DNA of 64,000 nucleotides from Eubacteriales bacterium (GCA_045631825.1 JAZQVQ010000121.1:1129-65128); one strand, 5' to 3'; counted from the stretch's first letter, positions 17,162 through 27,711 are shown. The notes: generated from the letters alone by a model not told the origin. Made by a program: numbers and translations.

Positions 17162-20100
17162 ATTTTCCTCCAAATCTTAAGTTCGTAAACTCTCCGAGGG
17201 GTTTCGCATTTACTTCCCCTTTACCGGATAGTTTAACATATTCTACGAAATAATCAAGTTTTAATTTGTCCGCACTTTGTGTCAATACGACAGACACGAA
17301 ATCCCCGTCGCTAAAATATGTTATAGGACACACGATTTCCACGCCGTCGCTACGTTTCACGATGATTTCATTTTGTGAATATAAATATACCAAAATAGAA
17401 CCGTTCGTACCGCTCAAACGAACGAGTGGAATTCTCCACGAAACATATTTATGAACTTTAAATCTGAATTTAAGCGTAAATTCTTCCGGAACTTCAACGT
17501 CGTTTTCAACCTTCATCATCCGATGAACCTTCAAACCGAGACCGTATCGCCCCGAACCGTAGTTCACATTTTCACTCACAGTCGGACTTACTTCACCCGT
17601 CATATCCTTGAGCGTTCCGTTGAGACGGAAACCCAAATACGATAAATACTCGCTCGTCAATTCATAACTTATCATAGGTTGAATTTCGCCCATACTAGAG
17701 CCGATTGAGGTCGAGTTCAACCAATTTTGTCCGGCCGCTTCCTCAGATGCCCACGTATATTTCAAATCCTCGAATGTTAATCTCGTGCCGAACTTAAATC
17801 CTTCCGTTTCGTACCAATTTCGGGCCCGTGTTAATTCCGGTAATTTCACTTCGAAATAATGCTCTGCGAAATACACATCCTGTTTCATCGCCAAAATATC
17901 TTCGAACTCGGTCGGTTCCAAGTTGCTCGTCGTACCACTCCACCCATCTTCGACGTTATCTAATTCCAAAATAACATTGCGGTTTTGATGTAATTCCAAC
18001 CTCGCCTCAGCGTAACGATACGCAGAAGAATAAATACCTGCTTTTGAAACAGAACGTATCATAAATCCGGCATCACCATAAGAGGGATTCAACACCGTTT
18101 GGTTAAAACCGCTGACTTTGAACAATTTAATACCCGAGTCCCAACTTTCGCCGATTCGCACCTCGTATTCAACGCCATTCTCAGCAGGCGCAACCCAATC
18201 GAAACGCAAACTGTCTAAGTTCGGTGTAACGAAGAAAGAGGTAACGTTCTGTGGTTTCGCAAGTTGGATGGAAACCGTCGGGTAGTTCTCACTGTAATTA
18301 CCGAGAACGTCTATCGCTTTAATTGTGAAATATGTGTTTTCGGTAACCACGCCGGTGTAAACGTATTCTGTACCCACCGTGTAGGTTACGATAACTTCAC
18401 CGTCTTCCCAAACTTCACCCTTACGGATTTCGTATCCGATTAAATCGGCATCGGGAACTTCGTCCCATTTGAATACGATGTTATTGATGTTCGCCTCGGC
18501 TCTGAAGTTCTGAACATCAGCAGGGGGTTTGGAAACGTCTTCGATTTCGTACACAAATACCGGTGCATTCTCGAAGTTGGGGACTTTCCCGAACGTCGTT
18601 TTCGGTAAAATTTTAAATTCGTACGTACCCATCGGATGGTCGATTAAGGTATCACCGTAGAAAACTTCTCGTTCTAACCAAGTTTCTTCACCCTGCAAAC
18701 GAGAATAGACTTTGTAAGTACCGGTGTAATAGGGGTAATGCTCTTTGTCTAATACGGCATCGACTATCGTGTGCATTTGTTTGGAAGTCGTGACAAACGT
18801 TTGTGTGAACTTCACGTCTTTGACTTGTGGAATAATGCTGTAAGATGGGAGTTTCGTGTAAACCTCATCTTCCATTACGACAGCCAAATCAGCCTTTTGC
18901 TGTTTGTCTCGGTTGATTTCCGTTGCCGTTATGCTATACGAACCGTTACCCTCAGGAGATTCCGAAATAGAAACAACACGGAAAGGTTTGGGTGAACCAC
19001 CGACTCCAGTTGAACCCACTAGAGAGAATACGGCTTTTTCCGGAACACCGAGGTTTGCAATCGAATCGCTGAAATGTAATTCTTTGACGTACCCGACTTC
19101 AATAACATTCAAAGCGACTGACAACAACCCATTGGCGGTTTGTATGTGAATCGTATAAGTAACGCCTGCCTCCAAGAAAATACTATCTCTTAAGGTGACA
19201 GACAAACCATCTTCGGCGATGTCTTTGAAACGACCCGAAGTGGAGTAACCCATCGTTTTGTCAGCGACAAGGATTGTATCGAAAATATTGACGTTTCCGG
19301 CGCTTATGTTCGTAGTGAAAGTTACGGACATCGTTTCTGTCAGGTTGGTTAACAACCGATACCGTGCTCGTCGCATAGCCTCGGATTCTTTAATACAACC
19401 GACGGCAACAAAATCTTCCGGAATTCTCCCCCACAGTTTAATGCTTTCTTCATCAGAAACACGCCTGCGGTCTTCAATCCAATCACGTTCGGAATTCATA
19501 AAGGAAACACTCAAATCGTTATAGCGAGTTGATGGGTCTGAAAAACTATATATAAAGCCACTTGGTGTAACATTTTCCAAACTGAAGATATGGGTGGCCT
19601 GTTGTTCTCTCTGGAAAGTGAGTCTCACCAAACCAGAACCATCCTCGTAAATCGTCGCATTAAAAATACCTGCGATATAATTTAACATATCCGGTCCGGG
19701 TTGTGATTCTTCTAACACGATATTCAACGTGTAGCGAGGTTCCATACCACCCTTACCATCGGACACCAACTCGTCGCAATATTGTGCCGCTTCGTAGAAA
19801 TCCCATTTATCACATTCCACCGGATAATATGCGTTCACACCGTAACGGTCATTCATAATTAAATCATAGAGACACCACGCAGGGTTATCCGTCCAAGCGA
19901 TTTTGAACGTTCCATCCCATTCACCCGCATAAACTCGTGTCGTAGGATTGTAGTTGCTCGGAATTCTGATTTTTAAGAATTTATAAATCCCAGAAAGTTG
20001 TGGAATGTTCGTTAATTGGTCACTAGTTTGTGCCACGAAATGAACCAAAGCAGTGTTTGGGTAGTTACCAACCCCAGCAGTAATTTCCTCAAAAGAATCC

Positions 20101-20741
20101 CAATCGATTATAGTAAAATTACCAAAATCGCTCGCCTCTGGTTTATCTTTAGTTAATTTGGTGACTCTAATTTCGTAATAATATTCAGAACTTCTTTCAA
20201 CGGGAATACGATAGTCACGAACATAACCGGTTGTTGTTTTACCGGAAATTGTTTGTGTTTTATCTTGAAACAGCGTCCATCCGAGTTGGTCTTGACGTTT
20301 ATATTCGATGTTAAAGGACACGCTGGTTTCAAACACATCACCATCGTCTTCTGAGAAATATAATTGTTTAACTGCGATACGAACATCTATATAATCCACC
20401 TCGCCTGTTTGTGTGACACGAGTGACAGGTTTATCACATTTAAGTTCTAGTTTCACAGAGGTGTATTTACCAGACCCACCTAATTGGAATTTTATACTTT
20501 CATCGTCTATAACGTCGCCTTTTTTAATATCTAAGGTATAATTCGTGTAGTTCTTCGTACCGTCAGTGGCTTCCAACGGTGTGTCATCCAAATAAAAAGA
20601 TTTTTCACCGTTTTCCAAACCCTCGATAGGACCTTCACATAAACCTATTAAAATTTCGGCTGTATCTTTAGAAAAAAGGGTATTTTTAGCAACGTCAAGT
20701 TCGCTACCACCGCCACCGTAAATCAAAGGTTTCTTTCTCAT
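17154..20741 (-). CDS. host-specificity / central tail fibre protein (lambda J-like)
   Basis: 1195 aa. The N-terminus GGGGSE...LIGLCEGPIEGLENGEKSFYLDDTPL matches the conserved J N-terminus. It has FN3-like repeats and follows the I-like gene. Confidence 0.85.
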   Translation of the reverse strand: MRKKPLIYGGGGSELDVAKNTLFSKDTAEILIGLCEGPIEGLENGEKSFYLDDTPLEATDGTKNYTNYTLDIKKGDVIDDESIKFQLGGSGKYTSVKLELKCDKPVTRVTQTGEVDYIDVRIAVKQLYFSEDDGDVFETSVSFNIEYKRQDQLGWTLFQDKTQTISGKTTTGYVRDYRIPVERSSEYYYEIRVTKLTKDKPEASDFGNFTIIDWDSFEEITAGVGNYPNTALVHFVAQTSDQLTNIPQLSGIYKFLKIRIPSNYNPTTRVYAGEWDGTFKIAWTDNPAWCLYDLIMNDRYGVNAYYPVECDKWDFYEAAQYCDELVSDGKGGMEPRYTLNIVLEESQPGPDMLNYIAGIFNATIYEDGSGLVRLTFQREQQATHIFSLENVTPSGFIYSFSDPSTRYNDLSVSFMNSERDWIEDRRRVSDEESIKLWGRIPEDFVAVGCIKESEAMRRARYRLLTNLTETMSVTFTTNISAGNVNIFDTILVADKTMGYSTSGRFKDIAEDGLSVTLRDSIFLEAGVTYTIHIQTANGLLSVALNVIEVGYVKELHFSDSIANLGVPEKAVFSLVGSTGVGGSPKPFRVVSISESPEGNGSYSITATEINRDKQQKADLAVVMEDEVYTKLPSYSIIPQVKDVKFTQTFVTTSKQMHTIVDAVLDKEHYPYYTGTYKVYSRLQGEETWLEREVFYGDTLIDHPMGTYEFKILPKTTFGKVPNFENAPVFVYEIEDVSKPPADVQNFRAEANINNIVFKWDEVPDADLIGYEIRKGEVWEDGEVIVTYTVGTEYVYTGVVTENTYFTIKAIDVLGNYSENYPTVSIQLAKPQNVTSFFVTPNLDSLRFDWVAPAENGVEYEVRIGESWDSGIKLFKVSGFNQTVLNPSYGDAGFMIRSVSKAGIYSSAYRYAEARLELHQNRNVILELDNVEDGWSGTTSNLEPTEFEDILAMKQDVYFAEHYFEVKLPELTRARNWYETEGFKFGTRLTFEDLKYTWASEEAAGQNWLNSTSIGSSMGEIQPMISYELTSEYLSYLGFRLNGTLKDMTGEVSPTVSENVNYGSGRYGLGLKVHRMMKVENDVEVPEEFTLKFRFKVHKYVSWRIPLVRLSGTNGSILVYLYSQNEIIVKRSDGVEIVCPITYFSDGDFVSVVLTQSADKLKLDYFVEYVKLSGKGEVNAKPLGEFTNLRFGGKYE

Positions 20742-21292
20742 TTTTCACTACTCTCCGTCGTTACAGATAATAACTGACCATAAAACTTATACTTACCGTA
20801 CCCTATGGCAATTCTAGTTCCTATTTTTGTTGTGTTACCACCTGAGCCAAAATATTTATTAGAATCGCCATCCTCATCAGAATCTGGAACTTTCATAAGC
20901 AATGCTGCTACACCAGTAAAAACCATACCAGCCCCACTTATAATCAAACCAGCGCCAGCCCAAGGGCTTCCGGTACAACATAACACGATACCAATAATTA
21001 TCAATACTACGCCAATCACCACTTGAACCCAACCAGCGCTTTTTCCTGTCCCAGCAGGCATATAATCCGGATAAAGGTTTAACTCCTGTAATTCTGGGTT
21101 TATGGCATACAAATCTTCACGATTCGGACATTCACGCACACGACAAACCCAACGGTTCCCACCTACACGAATGAGTTGTTTCATTTGATTCGTCAACCCA
21201 CGAATCGCCTCGGCCGGAGTCTGAGCGTCGATTTCATAATAGTCTTTGGGGCATAGGCGTTTCAAAAACCCGTGGAATTTAATCTTCATCAT
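20738..21292 (-). CDS. tail assembly protein (lambda I-like)
   Basis: 184 aa. N-terminal ubiquitin-like region (KIKFHGFLKRL...AEAIRGL) and a Gly-rich hydrophobic C-terminal half. It sits between the K-like and J-like genes. Confidence 0.7.
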   Translation of the reverse strand: MMKIKFHGFLKRLCPKDYYEIDAQTPAEAIRGLTNQMKQLIRVGGNRWVCRVRECPNREDLYAINPELQELNLYPDYMPAGTGKSAGWVQVVIGVVLIIIGIVLCCTGSPWAGAGLIISGAGMVFTGVAALLMKVPDSDEDGDSNKYFGSGGNTTKIGTRIAIGYGKYKFYGQLLSVTTESSEK

Positions 21293-21644
21293 ACACTATG
21301 TCCTCCATAATGACCGTTTCTTTCTCTGTTACTTTATAGCACGAAATTCCGTTTTTGCCAACAATTAAATGAAAAAAATGCGGCCAATTTATGAAAGCGT
21401 GGAAATCTTGCTTACTCATAGCACTCGTTCCGTTGGGATGACTGTGAACCAACGCTATCACTTTTTCTTCCATTTCATCAATCTTATCTATGGAATCACA
21501 GGAAAATCGAAAGTTCTCAACCTTGTTCGAAGAATCGTTCTCGCATTCAATCAAACCTTCTTCCAAAATGAAACCACCACGTTCGATACCTTCGTCACTA
21601 TAAAGAGATAGTATCTCATTCTTCTGCTTTTTTGATAATCTCAT
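21279..21644 (-). CDS. MPN/JAB-domain protein (lambda K-like, domain 1)
   Basis: JAMM-like motif E...ALVHSHPNGTSAMSKQD. Confidence 0.75.
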   Translation of the reverse strand: MRLSKKQKNEILSLYSDEGIERGGFILEEGLIECENDSSNKVENFRFSCDSIDKIDEMEEKVIALVHSHPNGTSAMSKQDFHAFINWPHFFHLIVGKNGISCYKVTEKETVIMEDIVYDED

Positions 21645-22059
21645 ATTCTTTCCTTTCAGGAACTTTATCCCTCAAACTCTCGTGTCTCCAAATCGATGCC
21701 GTGAAATTGCGGAACATTCCACGGTAATCGTCCACCCTAGATAAACGGTTTTGCACGTGATGTAAAACTTTATTATTTCCCACATAAATCGCAGCGTGCG
21801 ACGGGACAGGTGCACACAAACACATTAAAATCACATCGCCGTAACGCAGTTCTTCACCTTGTTGCAGTAGAAAGAAACCTTCTTTCCGTATATTATCTGC
21901 GTACAAATTCAACCCGTCATTCCACCACCCATCATAACGTGCGTAATCCGTAAGCTCTATACCAAACTCATTCTTATAAAAATCACGAACGAGGGTGTAA
22001 CAATCCGTTACCCCGAAAACAAACGCTCGGCCAAGATATTGTGTAAGATTTTTGTTCAT
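21616..22059 (-). CDS. NlpC/P60-family cysteine peptidase (lambda K-like, domain 2)
   Basis: Catalytic-Cys context GVTDCYTLVRDFY and downstream His (HAAIYVG ... LHHV). Confidence 0.8.
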   Translation of the reverse strand: MNKNLTQYLGRAFVFGVTDCYTLVRDFYKNEFGIELTDYARYDGWWNDGLNLYADNIRKEGFFLLQQGEELRYGDVILMCLCAPVPSHAAIYVGNNKVLHHVQNRLSRVDDYRGMFRNFTASIWRHESLRDKVPERKEYEIIKKAEE

Positions 22060-22544
22060 AGCGTAACACTCGGAAATTCTGGAGGTAGGTACATCCTTGC
22101 TGGAACGTCAAAGTTGACACCATCCATAGGGTTTCTTAATTCGAGTTGCAACATATCCCTCGTCAGTTGGGGGACGTTCCAAGCAACCCACACCTTCTTT
22201 TGATAAATATTATTGTCGTTCAAAATATCCTGATAAAGAACAGAATACCTTGTAATCACGGAACGTAACAAAATACCGTCACGGATAAATGTGGAAAACG
22301 AACCTTCTGGGTTTGCTATACTAAGCGTTGGTCTGGATAGGGTTTCCCCACTCGCACTCGAATAACCCTCGAAGGCCATAGGTATCCCCGTCCACGTTCT
22401 ACCTTGCCATTTGACAGTATTATTTTCTTTGAAATACAAATACTCACCGTTGCGAAGTTTTATTTCGAATAAGTGGACGTATCCGTCGGAAACGAGTTTT
22501 TCGTTGTTTTCTCGGTGTGATTGTGGGATAAAATTCTCGGCCAT
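22056..22544 (-). CDS. minor tail protein (lambda L-like)
   Basis: 162 aa. VHLFEIKL ... VKWQGRTWTGIPMAFEGYSSASGETLSRPTLSIANPEG matches the L-family pattern. Confidence 0.8.
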   Translation of the reverse strand: MAENFIPQSHRENNEKLVSDGYVHLFEIKLRNGEYLYFKENNTVKWQGRTWTGIPMAFEGYSSASGETLSRPTLSIANPEGSFSTFIRDGILLRSVITRYSVLYQDILNDNNIYQKKVWVAWNVPQLTRDMLQLELRNPMDGVNFDVPARMYLPPEFPSVTL

Positions 22545-22936
22545 TATTCAGAAACCTCCACGAGTGTTATTCTAAAATCTTCAACGACTCCACGGTCCCC
22601 AACGGTTTTAGGTACGGTCAGGGGCTCTTTAAAACGCACCGGAACAGCGCCAAATTGCTCATCGTTGTAAATGAAGCTTGTGTATTGATTCATTTCCTCG
22701 TAGAACTGACACAAAGCCCCCATATTATTTACCGATTTATTCGTTTCATAATCCAACAGACCCTCTTCATTGAAATAAAAACGGTAACCGCTAAAAGAGA
22801 GTGTAAACTCTTTAAGTTGTGGGGAAATCGGTTTTGAAACGTATGAATATCCGTTGCCAAGTTGGATTGAAGCAACGTTACCCAAATATTTGAATTCTCG
22901 TTTATGTAACTTGAAATTATCAAAATTAGCAGCCAT
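22544..22936 (-). CDS. minor tail protein (lambda M-like, positional)
   Basis: 130 aa, immediately after the tape measure and before the L-like gene. Stop/start overlaps on both sides. Confidence 0.6.
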   Translation of the reverse strand: MAANFDNFKLHKREFKYLGNVASIQLGNGYSYVSKPISPQLKEFTLSFSGYRFYFNEEGLLDYETNKSVNNMGALCQFYEEMNQYTSFIYNDEQFGAVPVRFKEPLTVPKTVGDRGVVEDFRITLVEVSE

Positions 22937-25900
22937 TATTTCCTCCCTGCGATAACACTTTTAATAAGTTGACGAGTCGTCCCACCGGTGCGGATGTCTT
23001 TCGTGATAGTAGCGATGACATCGTTCGGACCCATACCGGCTTGTTCTTCTTCGGATACGACCCAGACATTTACGACAGATTGTCCACCGTTGTTACCCAT
23101 TACACCCACTTCCGGTGTGATGGCGTTTAGCGTTTGTTCTGTGTTGTGGTTTAAGGAGTTCAAGAAGTTTTCACCCAAGTAATCAACGGCTGATTTCTTC
23201 AAAACGTATTCACCTGGCATTAACTTAGCGTTAACTGAGTCACGATTCGCAACACCACCACGTATCATACCCCCACCGGCCTTACCTGTCTCAGATGCGT
23301 TCTTTATGTCAGACCCACCTTTTACACCAACCCCAACAGCTTGTCCAACCAAACCGAGACCTTGTAACGTGGCAAAGAAATCTGGGAACATCGCCTTCAT
23401 AGCAGCATAAATAGCAGCCTTTATCCCCAACTGAATTAACCAGTTACCAATGTCCCTCAAACTGTTAACAACAAATTCTCTCAAAGCCTCTGAGAAACTC
23501 TTTTCAGAGTTAGCGAATTGTGTAACAGCATCCGTGAAATTATCGACGAACGTTGTAAAAGTCTTTGTCCCAATGGATTCTATGGCTTTATTGAAATCTT
23601 TTAGATTTTCGATGTCGTCACCTAACGAATCGAACGCACCTTTAAATAACCCTACACCAAAAGAACCCATCGGTCCTTGCTTGATTTTCTCAACGGTTGT
23701 AAGGTATTCTTTCATCATAGCAAGAGATTTGTTTTGTAAATCTAACTCTTGAATCTGTGTCTGTAAACTACTTTCAGCTGTATTAGCCTCTTTAATTTGA
23801 CGGTCTATGTCGTTTATGAGGTCTTTAATTTCTAACTGTTTCGTTAAATTGTCGGTCTGTGAAAGTTCCGTTTCCAGTTGGTTTTTCTTAGTCTCAAGTA
23901 ATTCTTTGTTCGCTTGTGTTTCATCCAACGTTACGGATAAATCGTACATTTCAGTAGAACGTAAAGTCATTGCGTTGCTGACAGCTTTTCTTTGAGCACC
24001 ATAACTTGGAGTCAAAGCCAATTTGTTTGCTAAATTGGAGAAGACACCATCACCCGGTAAAAAGGTAGAGGATAAGCTACCAACTTGTCCTAAAATTCCG
24101 CCACGGTTACCGTAAAGGGATTTATTTGAACGTTCGATGTTTGCTCTGGATAACTCGGCACGTTGTGTGGCCAACCGTAAAGCGTTTATAATATTTTCAA
24201 TATTATGAAGGTATTTGAACGTTGCTTTATTCAAATCCGCAACGTAGCGTTCAATCATAGCGTCACGACTTTGTTCGATTCGTGCAACCTCACGATTATA
24301 AAGATAACTTCCTTTTTCATAACTAATGGATTCGATTTCCTGTTTTGCGTTTTCGGAAACCGCTTCGATTAAAGTTCGTTTCGTATCCTCGGCCATTTTG
24401 AGCAAATCCTCATCCGGTTTGCTCGTTTTCGCTGTGTTCAATAATTTTGTTACATTCTTTATCGAATTTTCCGCTTGTGCTAAAGTACCCTTCACGATTG
24501 CTTTTGCGTTTTCGTTGATGTTTTCCTCAATCGAACCGATTGTCTTAGATATACTCAACATCTGCTCTTTGGCGCTAATATACGTCGGGTTGGTTTTAGA
24601 GACCCCAGACATATCCATCTGGTTAATCTGCTGAGAAAGAAAGTAGTATTCTCCACGTAAAACATCAAGTTGTGTTTCAGCCACCCCATAAAGTTTATCT
24701 ATGGAGAACTCGCTCTTTGAACCCAACGTATCCTGCAGGTTTTGACGATAAGATTCCAACGCCTTGTTTGTTTTAATCGTGGATTCGACGATGATTGTTT
24801 GTATAGCAGAAGCATCTTCGGTTGTGATTTTCGTGGCCGCTTCGACACCTTCCATCAAATTTTTATATTCAAGAACATCTGATAAAAATTCTGTAAGTTG
24901 TTTCTTCTGCCCCTCGGATTTTGTGTTGTTTATAAACTCTCTGATGTTTTTTATACCAGCATCATCGTAGCCAACCGCTTCATCGAAAGCCCTACTCAAT
25001 TCGGATTCACCGAACCACGGGGCATATTTATCTCGTATCTCTTGAGCACGTTCTTTATCCGTCTTGGTTTTTTCATCGAAACGAGCCTGACGAACCTCCA
25101 ACATCTTCTTCAAAACTTCGTCATACTTCGCACTCAAAGAGATAAGTTCGTCGCCTTGTAATTTAAATTGTTTGTTCAATTCTTGGACTCGTATCGCAAG
25201 AGCATCCGTGTCGTTCGAATACAAAATACCCTTTTCCGTCAACTCTTGATATGCTGCGGACAAAGAATTTATTTCTTCTTGTTGCTCGGATGATTTGTTC
25301 GTGAGGTCTTCTAATCTATCGGAAGTTTTAGCGATTTGTTCAAACAAAAGACCGACAGCAGAAACAATCAAACCAGTAACCAAACTTCCGAGCGTTAACC
25401 TTAGTACTCTTAATTTTGTGTTAACAAGGTCCACTTTGCTCGCTAAGTTGGTATAACCCATAGCAGCGAGTTTGTTTCTCAAAATACTATTCCCAACAGC
25501 CACGTTGTTTTTATTCTGCTCAGCTGTTGCTTTTTTCCACGCACCGCTCAAACCTGTAACAATCGTTGTCAAACTTTTAAAAGTTGTCGTTAGAACAAGT
25601 AAACGACCGACGAAGGTACCCAAATAAGGTACACTCAAAACATCATTTATAAGTTTCAATACAGTCGTTAAAGTATCCACTAAAGGTTTAAACGCACCGT
25701 ACATATCTTTTTTTACAACGTTGACGAAACGTTCAACCTGCGCTGACAACGTGTTCATCTGCGTTTCGTTGGCACGCATAGCAGCACCTTCCTCTAAGAA
25801 GGCTTCTCGCAAACTCTTAACCGTGTCTAACTGTGCCGTCGCAGCCAAATAGAATGTTGCGGCCCGACGGTCGAAACCTTCAGCAGCCTCCTGCGCACCT

Positions 25901-27030
25901 AATCCGGCATCCCTCAACGTCTGCAATACCGCTTGTAAACCACGACCCCGAATATCTACTTCGTCTAAAGAAATACCTAAACGTGTGAACACCTTTTCTA
26001 ATTTCTTCGTCGGATTCGCCAACTCTGTGATGACAGAACGTAAACCCGTACCGACGTTCGTTCCTTTTAAACCAACGTCCGTAACAGCAGAGGCTACCGC
26101 TACGAATTCTTCAAAACTTACACCCAAGTCGGCCGCAGCCACACCAGCATATTTAACGGCATTTGCCATAGTGGTGAGTTCTGCTTTCGTCTTGTTGGCC
26201 GCAATAACCAAAGTATCTGCGATGGATGCCGATTCTTTCGCCGTCTTATTCCAAGCACCCAAAGCGGTCGTCGTAATATCCACTGAGGTCGCAAGGTCTG
26301 TACCCGTAGCCGTTGCGAGTTTCGAAACCGAAGCCAACACCTCCTCGATTTGTCCCGCATTCAAACCGGCCTGACCTAACGTGACCGTCGCTTTGGCTAA
26401 TTCTTCGGTAGCATAACGAGTCTCCGTACCGAGGTCTAAAATGGTTTCGCTTAACTTAGCAATTTCCGAATCACTGGAGGCGGTAATTGCTTGGATGTTC
26501 GCAAACTCTTTCTGTAGGTTGTAAACCGAAGATAAACTACCCGTAATGACATTACTAATCCCTGCCAATAAACGATAGGACATAAAAATACCCGCACGCT
26601 TACTCCAGTTACCTGTAATTTCTTCTAAAATGTGGTCCCAATGGGATAACTCTTCAGCACCCTCTTTGAGTTCCTTGTTGTTCTTATTCAGAGCCTTCGT
26701 TTCTTTTTCGAGAGCGATGCTTACTTTATCGATACCTTTCTCTAATTTCTGGTATTCTTTTTCGATGGCCCGAATGTTTTTCTCTTGAAACGCTTGCGAC
26801 GTAGCTCGTTTTCCACCCTTGGGGGAATTCATTAACTCGACTAAATTGGAGAAGCCGAAACCAGTGGCGTTGGGGTTTCTGGAAATAGTATCACCCAACC
26901 TTTTGTAACTTTCTCTTAACGAATCGACGGATTTTTTAACGGAGTCCAGCGATTTCTTGGTTTCTTCTCCACCACGAGTTTCTACGTTAAATAAAATGGT
27001 CTGCTTGTTATTTCCTGTTGTATCCGCCAT
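22936..27030 (-). CDS. tail tape measure protein
   Basis: 1364 aa and the largest ORF in the window. It has extensive coiled-coil and Ala/Gly-rich hydrophobic segments and sits between the chaperone pair and the M/L/K/I/J genes. Confidence 0.9.
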   Translation of the reverse strand: MADTTGNNKQTILFNVETRGGEETKKSLDSVKKSVDSLRESYKRLGDTISRNPNATGFGFSNLVELMNSPKGGKRATSQAFQEKNIRAIEKEYQKLEKGIDKVSIALEKETKALNKNNKELKEGAEELSHWDHILEEITGNWSKRAGIFMSYRLLAGISNVITGSLSSVYNLQKEFANIQAITASSDSEIAKLSETILDLGTETRYATEELAKATVTLGQAGLNAGQIEEVLASVSKLATATGTDLATSVDITTTALGAWNKTAKESASIADTLVIAANKTKAELTTMANAVKYAGVAAADLGVSFEEFVAVASAVTDVGLKGTNVGTGLRSVITELANPTKKLEKVFTRLGISLDEVDIRGRGLQAVLQTLRDAGLGAQEAAEGFDRRAATFYLAATAQLDTVKSLREAFLEEGAAMRANETQMNTLSAQVERFVNVVKKDMYGAFKPLVDTLTTVLKLINDVLSVPYLGTFVGRLLVLTTTFKSLTTIVTGLSGAWKKATAEQNKNNVAVGNSILRNKLAAMGYTNLASKVDLVNTKLRVLRLTLGSLVTGLIVSAVGLLFEQIAKTSDRLEDLTNKSSEQQEEINSLSAAYQELTEKGILYSNDTDALAIRVQELNKQFKLQGDELISLSAKYDEVLKKMLEVRQARFDEKTKTDKERAQEIRDKYAPWFGESELSRAFDEAVGYDDAGIKNIREFINNTKSEGQKKQLTEFLSDVLEYKNLMEGVEAATKITTEDASAIQTIIVESTIKTNKALESYRQNLQDTLGSKSEFSIDKLYGVAETQLDVLRGEYYFLSQQINQMDMSGVSKTNPTYISAKEQMLSISKTIGSIEENINENAKAIVKGTLAQAENSIKNVTKLLNTAKTSKPDEDLLKMAEDTKRTLIEAVSENAKQEIESISYEKGSYLYNREVARIEQSRDAMIERYVADLNKATFKYLHNIENIINALRLATQRAELSRANIERSNKSLYGNRGGILGQVGSLSSTFLPGDGVFSNLANKLALTPSYGAQRKAVSNAMTLRSTEMYDLSVTLDETQANKELLETKKNQLETELSQTDNLTKQLEIKDLINDIDRQIKEANTAESSLQTQIQELDLQNKSLAMMKEYLTTVEKIKQGPMGSFGVGLFKGAFDSLGDDIENLKDFNKAIESIGTKTFTTFVDNFTDAVTQFANSEKSFSEALREFVVNSLRDIGNWLIQLGIKAAIYAAMKAMFPDFFATLQGLGLVGQAVGVGVKGGSDIKNASETGKAGGGMIRGGVANRDSVNAKLMPGEYVLKKSAVDYLGENFLNSLNHNTEQTLNAITPEVGVMGNNGGQSVVNVWVVSEEEQAGMGPNDVIATITKDIRTGGTTRQLIKSVIAGRK

Positions 27031-27274
27031 TTAACTGACTCCTTATCGCTAAAGCTAGTTGGTCACTCGATTGGACATTTATGACGTTGTCTGGGGTCTT
27101 TTTATGCTTACCATCACCGCCTAAAGCCTTACTCACAATAGTAGCAAAAGTTTCATAGTTTTGCAAGACTTTCATTTGTTCTTTCTTAAAAAAACTAGAA
27201 ACCGCCAACCTAATTTCCGGATAAGTGTACTTAAATTCAATCATACGGAATGGTTCACCGAAGGCCAAGAACAC
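27008..27274 (-). CDS. tail assembly chaperone, T-like extension (probably expressed by -1 frameshift from 27298..27681)
   Basis: This ORF is in the -1 frame relative to the upstream G-like ORF. That frame stays open through the G stop codon. There is no convincing independent RBS. Confidence 0.5.
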   Translation of the reverse strand: MFLAFGEPFRMIEFKYTYPEIRLAVSSFFKKEQMKVLQNYETFATIVSKALGGDGKHKKTPDNVINVQSSDQLALAIRSQLNGGYNRK

Positions 27275-27283
27275 ACCTTCGGT
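27255..27283 (-). other. stem-loop downstream of the putative G/GT frameshift region
   Basis: Minus-strand CACCGAAGG (27283-27275) and CCTTCGGTG (27263-27255) form a 9-bp perfect stem with an 11-nt loop. Confidence 0.5.
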
Positions 27284-27297
27284 GAATGTTGTAGAAC

Positions 27298-27681
27298 TTA
27301 CCCAGCTTTTGTAGCTTGAGAAACCTCTGTCGTTATTTTCTCCATTACTTTGTCGGAGATGTTCTTCATTTTCGTGGCGGTTTGTTGAATAAAATTTGCG
27401 CAGTGGTCAAACCCCCACACCAACAATTCCGTAGAAATAGACGGTGCGATTTCAAAAAGAGAACACTTCATACCCTTGACGTTCCCTTTATCATCGTAGT
27501 CTTGTAATAAGATTTTTAAGAAATTTTCTTGTGTTTCAGGGTTCAACATAAAGTCATCAAGATTTCTGATACCCCCAACAGATTGCATCAATTTGTTTAA
27601 CAATCCTGCTGTCATAACAATTTTAATTTCTTTCGAATTTTGTTCAAAATTAAATTCGTAGGATAAATTTTCTTCTGTCAT
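27298..27681 (-). CDS. tail assembly chaperone (lambda G-like, positional)
   Basis: 127 aa and acidic. It lies between the major tail gene and the tape measure. Confidence 0.65.
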   Translation of the reverse strand: MTEENLSYEFNFEQNSKEIKIVMTAGLLNKLMQSVGGIRNLDDFMLNPETQENFLKILLQDYDDKGNVKGMKCSLFEIAPSISTELLVWGFDHCANFIQQTATKMKNISDKVMEKITTEVSQATKAG

Positions 27682-27711
27682 ATATAACCTCCATAATGTT
27701 CGACACTATTA

